This document shows positions 7,264 through 14,066 of a DNA stretch of 42,634 bases, piece after piece. Position numbers and translations under genes: made by a program. The notes beneath the pieces are model-generated. The model was given only the letters and a program-made list of their open reading frames with translations. It was not told the DNA's origin and searched no databases. Each line of letters begins with the position of its first letter. Within the stretch, counting starts at the first letter, position 1. The stretch is from an uncultured Gammaproteobacteria bacterium (GTDB taxonomy: Bacteria > Patescibacteriota > Patescibacteriia > SBBC01 > JACPUP01): the NCBI GenBank assembly GCA_964457305.1, contig CAYWEH010000003.1, forward strand, positions 13,908 to 56,541, written 5' to 3'.

Positions 7264-8763
7264 TTAGTCTCCCGCCCCCGTATCAACAGTGCGCCGCCGC
7301 CGCCAGTAGACAACGACAATCACCAACAGCAGTATCAGCGGCCCGCCGATCACATAGGGCAGCACACCCCCGGGGTTGATCCTCGTGTGCGGTGTCACGG
7401 TCAGGTGAATGCCCGAGCTGGTTACCGGCTGGCTGGTGGCGTCCGTGCTTTCGGGAATGGGGATCGCCACCATGTAGATCATGTAGTCGCCATCCAGAAT
7501 TGCATTCACCTGCCAGGACAACTCAGCTGATTTGTTCGGTGCCAGTGGCGGCAGTTGCTGGGTGCGCTGCGGCGACCAGTCCTCGGGATCAACAACTCCG
7601 CCGGTTGCATCTAAATTGATGATGTTCATGGCCACCACCAGCGGGGGAGTCGGACCGCTGCCGCGATTGGTAATAACAGTCTTGTAGAGCACCTCATCCC
7701 CCGCCTTCACCGTGGTAACGTCTCGATCGATATCGACTGTCAGTTCCGTCTGGACCCTTTGAACTTGTGTCTTTGGCTGCTCATCGGCAGATGATACAGA
7801 CTCATCTTGTTGCTCATCGGGGTCAGGCGGTGCGATGGCGATGGTGCTCCGCGCGAGCGCCGGCGCCGCCATGATCGTAGTCGCCAGAACGAGGCTGACC
7901 ACACCAACCCTACTGACGCGGCGCCACGACGAGCGGATCCATCCCGGTAGCGTCGGTTCAAGCCGCAGACCGCGGGCAAACAGGAAGAGCAAGCCCACAG
8001 CCAGCACGGCCAGGACCACCGGTGATACAAGCCATGGCCACATCTCCTCGAGGTGGCGATTATTTACCAATATTTTAGCCGGAAAGTGGTTGGCCGCCGC
8101 CAGCGGATTGATGAGTTGCAGCAACGACCCAATCGCACCCGTCTGGGCTTTCCCGGGCAGCTGCGACGGCAACAGGAGGAACAAATACAGGCCCAGGCTC
8201 AAAAACATGCTCGTTCTGTTGGATTTGGCCCACAGGCTCACCAACATGCCAATCGCCGCTAACGCGGGGGTAAGGATCGCTGCCAAAATAGCTCCCCACA
8301 GGATCGCCTGGCCAAACACTTTGTCGCCCTGGGCTAGTACATTCCAATAGGGAATGGTCACGGCCAGCGCCACCGGCCAGGGCGAGATCGCCGCCAAAAA
8401 CTTTCCCATTACCAGTTGGCGGCGGCTGGTCGGCGTCAGGAGCAGCCCCTCCAGAGTGGCGCGCTCCCGCTCGCCAGCAATACTATCGGCACCGATGATT
8501 AAGGCAACAAATAGGCTCACCCCCACGTATGCCTTGAGCATCTCAAAGACCATCTCCTTCGGCGGAATCAGACTCAGCTCACTATTGCTGGCCAGCACGT
8601 AGGACCAGATGCCCAGCAGCAGGGTGTAGACAAGAATCAACCACAGCGCTTTGCCGCCGATCCACAGATCGGCCAGCTCCCGCCCGAACACCACCCACCA
8701 GGTCGGTGGTGAGGTGCCCGTCTCCCGCAACTGCGTAACGTGTTGTTGGAGGTGAGTACTCAT
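7264..8763 (-). CDS. ABC-2 type permease fused to a C-terminal extracytoplasmic beta-sandwich domain and an extra TM anchor
   Basis: The likely start is the Met of MSTHLQQ... at 8763, in an ATGA overlap with the ATPase stop. A multi-TM ABC-2 core is followed by a signal-like helix, an acidic linker, a CARDB/NEW3-like segment (VKAGDEVLYKTVITNRGSGP...) and a terminal TM plus RRRR. Confidence 0.75.
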   Translation of the reverse strand: MSTHLQQHVTQLRETGTSPPTWWVVFGRELADLWIGGKALWLILVYTLLLGIWSYVLASNSELSLIPPKEMVFEMLKAYVGVSLFVALIIGADSIAGERERATLEGLLLTPTSRRQLVMGKFLAAISPWPVALAVTIPYWNVLAQGDKVFGQAILWGAILAAILTPALAAIGMLVSLWAKSNRTSMFLSLGLYLFLLLPSQLPGKAQTGAIGSLLQLINPLAAANHFPAKILVNNRHLEEMWPWLVSPVVLAVLAVGLLFLFARGLRLEPTLPGWIRSSWRRVSRVGVVSLVLATTIMAAPALARSTIAIAPPDPDEQQDESVSSADEQPKTQVQRVQTELTVDIDRDVTTVKAGDEVLYKTVITNRGSGPTPPLVVAMNIINLDATGGVVDPEDWSPQRTQQLPPLAPNKSAELSWQVNAILDGDYMIYMVAIPIPESTDATSQPVTSSGIHLTVTPHTRINPGGVLPYVIGGPLILLLVIVVVYWRRRRTVDTGAGD

Positions 8764-9764
8764 ATATGTTCCTCGGTGACCTGTAAGAATACATCTTGCA
8801 AACTGGTCTCGTTCGCCACAAATCCCTGAAGAGAAATGTTGGCGCTCATCAGCGGCTCGAGGATGTGATTGTATGTTGGCGCCGCAGCCGCTGGTCCCCC
8901 GGCGCCCGCTGCGAGCTCCACCAACAGCCAACCGCCCCGCTCATCAACCGCTGCCACGCGTGTCACGCCAGGCACCCTTGCCAACACCCCTTGCGCGGTG
9001 GCAATCGAGGGCGGGCTGACGCGGATCCGGACACCGCCGCTTCCGGTCACGGTCCCGCGGGCGAGTTCAAGCACCTCGGCCACCGTGCCCTTCGCCACGA
9101 CACGGCCGTGGCTCAAGATCACTACATCATCACAGACCACTTCAATTTCCGACAAAGCATGACTGCACATGATGATACCAACCCCCCGCTGCTGCGCAAT
9201 CCGCTGCACGAGTGTCAACAGTTCCTGTTGGCCCCGTGGATCCAGGCCCAAGGTCGGTTCATCGAGAAACAGCACGACGGGATCGTTGACGAGCGCCCGG
9301 GCAATGCCCAATCGTTGACGCATGCCCCGACTGTAGCTGCCAATCAGCGACTTGGCGCGGCGTTCCAAACCAACTTCTGCGAGCAGCCGGTGGGCGTTAC
9401 GGCGGGCGGCCGGAAGAGAAAGCCCATACAGCTGGCCGAAGTACAGTAAGTACTCCAGGGCCATTACGTGCTGGGGAAAGCCTAAGCTCTCCGGCAACAC
9501 ACCAATTCGCCGGCGGATTGTATCGGGATAGTCAGAACGTACACCGTCAATGGTAAAATGCCCTGCCGACGGCTCGAGAATGGTTGTCAGGATACGCATG
9601 GCGGTCGTCTTCCCCGCGCCGTTAGGGCCCAGAAACCCCAGAACCCGACCAGCCGCCAGAGAAAATGAAAGTTCCTTAAGCGCTTGTCGTTTATCGTACG
9701 ACTTACTTAAGCCTTCGGCTATCAGGATCGGAGAGCTGGGAGGTGACATCGGGCTACTGTCCAT
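8760..9764 (-). CDS. ABC transporter ATP-binding protein (ABC-2 / NatA-like)
   Basis: Walker A GPNGAGKTT, signature YSRGMRQRL, Walker B VLFLDEPT, and a C-terminal accessory domain. Confidence 0.9.
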   Translation of the reverse strand: MDSSPMSPPSSPILIAEGLSKSYDKRQALKELSFSLAAGRVLGFLGPNGAGKTTAMRILTTILEPSAGHFTIDGVRSDYPDTIRRRIGVLPESLGFPQHVMALEYLLYFGQLYGLSLPAARRNAHRLLAEVGLERRAKSLIGSYSRGMRQRLGIARALVNDPVVLFLDEPTLGLDPRGQQELLTLVQRIAQQRGVGIIMCSHALSEIEVVCDDVVILSHGRVVAKGTVAEVLELARGTVTGSGGVRIRVSPPSIATAQGVLARVPGVTRVAAVDERGGWLLVELAAGAGGPAAAAPTYNHILEPLMSANISLQGFVANETSLQDVFLQVTEEHI

Positions 9765-9788
9765 AAATGCTTTCTCTGATGCGAGAAC

Positions 9789-12700
9789 TTATACAAATTG
9801 AGAGTGCCCGTCTTGTCCACGAGACGCACCGGGCGCATTCGACTGGCTGACTGGCCGAAACCGAAGATACAGGGCCGGCACCACGAAAAGCTGCCCGCAG
9901 GCCGAGGCGATGAGTCCGCCCAGGATAACAATTGCCATGGGGTGCACGATCTCAAGTCCGGCGCGGTTGCCGAGAAACACCATCGGCAGCAGGGCCGCAG
10001 CGATGGTGGCCGTCCTCACCAGCAGCGGCACGAACTGTTCCTGCGTAATTTGCTGGACCAGCTCGGGTCCGGCGACTTCGCCTGTTCGCTGCTCCTGGTC
10101 ACGGTACTGACTGAACAGCACAACGGTCTGACGAGCCCCTATTCCCAGAATGGCAAGAAAGCCAATCGCTGAACCGAGCGAGATGACACCGCCGCTCGTG
10201 GCTACCGCCAGCACGCCGCCGAGGAGCGGAAACGATGTGGCCGCGAAGGACAAGCCCGCCAAACGCCAACTTTTTAGCAACGCCTGCAACAGGAGAAAAA
10301 TCCCAATCGCCGCTGCTACGGCCACGCTCAGCAAGCGATTTAGATCCGCCTCTCGCTCGGCGTATTCCCCCAGCAGCTCCGGATGGTACTCCAGTGGAAA
10401 CTTGATGCCCTGCAGACGTGCTTCAACATCGTCCACCACCGCGTCGGGATTGCGCCCGCGCACGTTGGCGACAATGTCAATGCGCGGCGAGGTGGCTTCA
10501 TGTTCAATAGTTGTCGGTGTCGAGGCCACCCGCACATCGGCCACGTCCTCCAAGCGCACGTGACCACCACCGGGCGTCTCCAGCAGAAACTCGCGAATGT
10601 CGGTCACGTTGTCACGCACAGCCGGCACACCCCAGACCACCACGTCAAACACTTTCTGTTGCTCGAACAGACTACCGACGGCCAGACCAGCAAAGACGGT
10701 GGCTGTCTGCCGACGGACATCACCCGGTTTGAGCCCGTAGCGCTCGGCCTTGGCGAGGTCAACCTGGATTTGCACGTACGGCTCCTCAACCTGACCTTCC
10801 ACCTGCAGATCAACCACGCCATCAATCTGAGCCAGGGCTCCGCGCACTTCTTCTGCCTTGGCCCGCAGCACCTCCCGGCTGGGGCCGTAGAGGCGCACCA
10901 CGATAGGCTTACTGACTCCGGTCAGCGCCTCCCTGACTCGCTTGGTCAGGTAGGTCTGCACCGTGCCGGTGAGCCCGGGGTAGCCGGCGACTGTCTGCCG
11001 TATGTCAGCGACCGTCGCTTCGTAGTCGGCCGTGTGATCGACGGTAACCCACAGCTGGCTGGCATTGATACCCACCACCTGATCCCCGGTTACCGCGCGC
11101 CCGAGGTGCATACCAACGTTGCTCACCCCGGGCAAGGATCCGAGCTCTCGACCGGCCGCAGTCAACAGCCGGTACATTTCAGGATGGGAGGTGCCCGGCG
11201 CGCCTGTCCAGTCGATCAGCAAATGCCGCTCCTGAAACGAAGGCAGAATTTCCTGCGTCAACTTCGGCCACACCGCGATAGCAATCACCACGACGATGCC
11301 CGCGATCAGGTATGCCCGGCGCGGTGTGCGAATGGCCTGCGCCAGCCGGGAATTGTAACCACGCTGCAGCCGGACCATCAGAGATTTCGGCCAAAGCGGG
11401 CGGGCTGTTGGACGCAATAGCCACAGGCTTAATGCCGGCGTCACGGTCAACGCCACCACCAGGGACGCTGCGACCACCAGCGCATACGAAATGACGAGCG
11501 GTCGAAAGAAAGCACCAACCTCCCCCGTCATGGCAAAAATCGGCAACGTGGTCAGGCCAATAATAAGCGTCGCGTATATGAGGGGACCGCGCATCTGGAG
11601 CGAAGCTTCCAGTACCGTGCGCATCGCTGACGGGCCACGACTGCTTGTCTCGGCTTGCGCCGGACGACGAAGTCGCCGCGCGATATGCTCGACGTCGACG
11701 ATGGCGTCGTCAATGACGACGGCCAGCGCAATCACCAGGCCGGTCAAGACCATCGTGTTGATGGTTACTCCGCGCACATACAACACTCCCAACGCTGCCA
11801 GCAGCGACAGAACAATTGCCACCAGGCTGATGAACACGACCCGCCACTCGAACAGGAAAGCAAGCAAGATCAGCACCGCGAGCACTGCCCCAAGCACCAA
11901 CGCGCTGGCCAGGTTGTCGATCGCTGTCTCTATGAAAGAGGCTGATCGAAATACCTGCGAATCGACCTTCACGCCGGACAAACCCGGCTGCAGCCCCGCC
12001 AACGCTGCTTCCACCCCGCGAGTCACCGCGAGAGTGTTGGCGGCGGGGGATTTCTCAATCACCAGCAGCAGTCCCGCTCCCTGGTTAAGCACCGCATCCC
12101 CAATCAACGGTGGATGTCCTTCCACCACTTCGGTCACATCACTGAGACGAAGGTTAGTGGCACCATCGACAGATACCCGGGCCAAATCTTCCGGTGAGGA
12201 AATAGGCTGTGTGTGTTGAACCCCGAGTCGCTGATTTGGCGTATCGATCCACCCGCCGGTGCCTGGAGCCGATGCGTTCAAAAAGCTCAAAGGGGACACC
12301 CACATGGCATCGCCGGTGGTCCTAATGATTTGCTCTTGCGTTAATCCTTTGGCCGCCAGCCGCTCCGGATCGACCAGCACTTGCAGCTGCCGATCGCGTT
12401 GGCCCCAGATCGCCACATTGGCCACGCCGGGCACACCGAGCAGGCGGGGCTTAATCGTCCAGCGCGCCAAGACCGACAGCTGAATGGGCGACATTTCGTC
12501 CGCCGAAAGCCCGATCATCATGGTCCGGCTGGTAGCCGACAGCGGCTGCAGCATGACCGGCGGCTGTGATACATTTGGTAAGGTGTACGCGAGCGACAGT
12601 CGCTCTTGCACCAACTGCCGGGCGCGCATCAAGTCGGTGCCCGACTCGAAAATGAGCTGCACGTACGAAAGTCCCGGCACCGAAGTGGAGTGAATGGTCT

Positions 12701-12935
12701 TCAGCCACGACGTACCGCTGAGCAACTCTTCGAGATTGAGAGAGATCAGGCTCTCTACTTCTTCAGCCGACAATCCCGGCGCTTCCGTCTGAATCTCCAC
12801 CCGGGGCGACTCAAACTCGGGTAAAATGTCTACTGACAGCTGCCGCAGTTGAGCAATGCCAAAAAGCATCACCACTGCGGCAATCGCCACCACGAGGAGT
12901 CGAAAGTTCAGACTGGCTGCAATGAGGCGGTGCAT
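9789..12935 (-). CDS. RND-superfamily efflux permease, copy 2 (paralog of 3965..7075)
   Basis: 1048 aa, collinear with copy 1. The TM4 motif is LAVVIDDAIVDVEH. Confidence 0.9.
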   Translation of the reverse strand: MHRLIAASLNFRLLVVAIAAVVMLFGIAQLRQLSVDILPEFESPRVEIQTEAPGLSAEEVESLISLNLEELLSGTSWLKTIHSTSVPGLSYVQLIFESGTDLMRARQLVQERLSLAYTLPNVSQPPVMLQPLSATSRTMMIGLSADEMSPIQLSVLARWTIKPRLLGVPGVANVAIWGQRDRQLQVLVDPERLAAKGLTQEQIIRTTGDAMWVSPLSFLNASAPGTGGWIDTPNQRLGVQHTQPISSPEDLARVSVDGATNLRLSDVTEVVEGHPPLIGDAVLNQGAGLLLVIEKSPAANTLAVTRGVEAALAGLQPGLSGVKVDSQVFRSASFIETAIDNLASALVLGAVLAVLILLAFLFEWRVVFISLVAIVLSLLAALGVLYVRGVTINTMVLTGLVIALAVVIDDAIVDVEHIARRLRRPAQAETSSRGPSAMRTVLEASLQMRGPLIYATLIIGLTTLPIFAMTGEVGAFFRPLVISYALVVAASLVVALTVTPALSLWLLRPTARPLWPKSLMVRLQRGYNSRLAQAIRTPRRAYLIAGIVVVIAIAVWPKLTQEILPSFQERHLLIDWTGAPGTSHPEMYRLLTAAGRELGSLPGVSNVGMHLGRAVTGDQVVGINASQLWVTVDHTADYEATVADIRQTVAGYPGLTGTVQTYLTKRVREALTGVSKPIVVRLYGPSREVLRAKAEEVRGALAQIDGVVDLQVEGQVEEPYVQIQVDLAKAERYGLKPGDVRRQTATVFAGLAVGSLFEQQKVFDVVVWGVPAVRDNVTDIREFLLETPGGGHVRLEDVADVRVASTPTTIEHEATSPRIDIVANVRGRNPDAVVDDVEARLQGIKFPLEYHPELLGEYAEREADLNRLLSVAVAAAIGIFLLLQALLKSWRLAGLSFAATSFPLLGGVLAVATSGGVISLGSAIGFLAILGIGARQTVVLFSQYRDQEQRTGEVAGPELVQQITQEQFVPLLVRTATIAAALLPMVFLGNRAGLEIVHPMAIVILGGLIASACGQLFVVPALYLRFRPVSQSNAPGASRGQDGHSQFV

Positions 12936-12962
12936 CTGCGCCTAGGAGATTTTCATACGTAC

Positions 12963-13442
12963 CTACTTCCCCACCCCAAACTCGGCGCCAAGTAACTCGG
13001 CGGCTCCGACGATCACCACTTCTGTGCCAGGCGGCGGGCCGTCAGCGAGAACCGCCAAATCTTGGTCTATAGAATCAACACTGATGCGATGTCGAACGTA
13101 AACGAGTGGCTCCGGCTGAGCGTACGCCCAGGTACCGCCATCGGCGTCGTAGATCACCGCCGCGTAGGGAATAGTCAAACGCTGCGCCCTGCTCTTCGGG
13201 ACCAGCGCCATGCGAGTCTGCCCAGTCTTGATCGCCAGCCGCTGAACCGCCTTCTCGGTCAACACCACACGGTTGAGGTTGGTCCCCGGAATCAGGGTCA
13301 CCTGGGCCGGCTTGTCGTTGCTCTCTGCGCCTGGGTTGTCAGTTGACGATGCCTTGTTTGATTGCTGGAAGCTAACGAAAAATATCCCGGCCAGCCCAAG
13401 CGCTGCCACAATGACGATAGGGAGGTAGGACCCAAGCTTCAT
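12963..13442 (-). CDS. Minimal membrane-fusion-protein-like adaptor (membrane-proximal segments only)
   Basis: The likely start is MKLGSYLPIVIVAAL... at 13442, giving 159 aa. It has an N-terminal TM and a low-complexity linker. An MFP-like N-segment (VVLTEKAVQRLAIKTGQT) then joins directly to an MFP-like C-segment (IPYAAVIYD...VYVRHRISVD...GTEVVIVGAAELL). Confidence 0.6.
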   Translation of the reverse strand: MKLGSYLPIVIVAALGLAGIFFVSFQQSNKASSTDNPGAESNDKPAQVTLIPGTNLNRVVLTEKAVQRLAIKTGQTRMALVPKSRAQRLTIPYAAVIYDADGGTWAYAQPEPLVYVRHRISVDSIDQDLAVLADGPPPGTEVVIVGAAELLGAEFGVGK

Positions 13443-13495
13443 ATAATAACGATTAAAGGAATGACTCAGAGTGTTCCCCCCCATCGGCTGAATAC

Positions 13496-13524
13496 ACCCT
13501 AGCAGGGCCGATAAATATTGGCAA
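13496..13524 (-). promoter_or_regulatory. Putative promoter of the adaptor-RND-ABC operon
   Basis: On the minus strand: TTGCCA (13524-13519), a 17-nt spacer, then TAGGGT (13501-13496). Confidence 0.45.
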
Positions 13525-13539
13525 GTTCGCTCAACGCCA

Positions 13540-13568
13540 TTGACCCCCAACCACATTCCTGTTAGGTT
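13540..13568 (+). promoter_or_regulatory. Putative divergent promoter toward the small ORF and P-type ATPase
   Basis: TTGACC (13540-13545), a 17-nt spacer, then TAGGTT (13563-13568). Confidence 0.4.
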
Positions 13569-13619
13569 GGGTTGTTCCCGTTGTTACTTTTTCTGGCCTT
13601 CACCCACAAGGAGGAAGTG

Positions 13620-13850
13620 GTGGCCAACAAAGTACTGGGGCAGGTCGACTGCGAAAAGATCACCGGCCGGGGAAGCAACAACATTCTATCTGGCAGGGCA
13701 ATCTCACCGGCTGGGGTCAAGCGAGCGGTGGCCAAGAAGCTCAAGCGGCAGCTCGGCGGCGACACCTTCATCCACCCAACCCGAGGAGGCCATGATGTCC
13801 TCACGCGTATTAGTCGTAGGCCAGGGCGCGCGCACGGCATTCGCCCTTGA
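13620..13850 (+). CDS. Candidate small basic protein (76 aa), function unknown
   Basis: A GTG start lies 5 nt after the AAGGAGGA Shine-Dalgarno at 13608-13615. The first two thirds show GC3-rich codon usage. It falls within track ORF 13572..13850. No family recognised. Confidence 0.3.
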   Translation: MANKVLGQVDCEKITGRGSNNILSGRAISPAGVKRAVAKKLKRQLGGDTFIHPTRGGHDVLTRISRRPGRAHGIRP

Positions 13851-14066
13851 ACCCCATTCCGCCCGCCGTAGCGGCCTAAAACTGGTTTTCAAGAATAGGT
13901 TCGAGCGGCGTTCAAAAATTTCCACCAGTATTTCTGAAAGGCCGGAACGTTCAATCCCGTTGCTGAGGCGTCGAGCTTGATTCGGCGTTCCCGCCGGGGA
14001 CGTTTCTTGGTCGGGTCGCCCTCCAAAAAAGGAGTGCCGAATATGGTACACTAGTGTTAGGAGAGA

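Noticed and set aside
10383-11420. 345-aa + strand ORF inside RND copy 2, together with similar long antisense ORFs at 39036..40019, 26064..26963, 36559..37425, 33695..34324, 37693..38415 and 5688..6413.
   Set aside because: Each overlaps a confidently identified gene on the opposite strand. Each has Arg/Pro/Gly/Ala-rich low-information sequence, an expected artefact of high GC.
3965-12935. Calling the RND pumps heavy-metal (CzcA/CusA) exporters.
   Set aside because: The N-termini resemble the CzcA family, but TM4 carries the AcrB-type VDDAIV Asp-Asp pair rather than the HME DFG..DGA signature. Substrate class cannot be assigned from sequence by eye.
13560-13760. Possible Mg2+ riboswitch (M-box) ahead of the P-type ATPase, prompted by GTTAGGTTGGG.
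   Set aside because: Only the GTTAGGT heptamer resembles the M-box 5' end. The other conserved blocks I recall (AATGGGTC-like, GCTAAAGC-like) are absent, and the heptamer doubles as a -10-like element.
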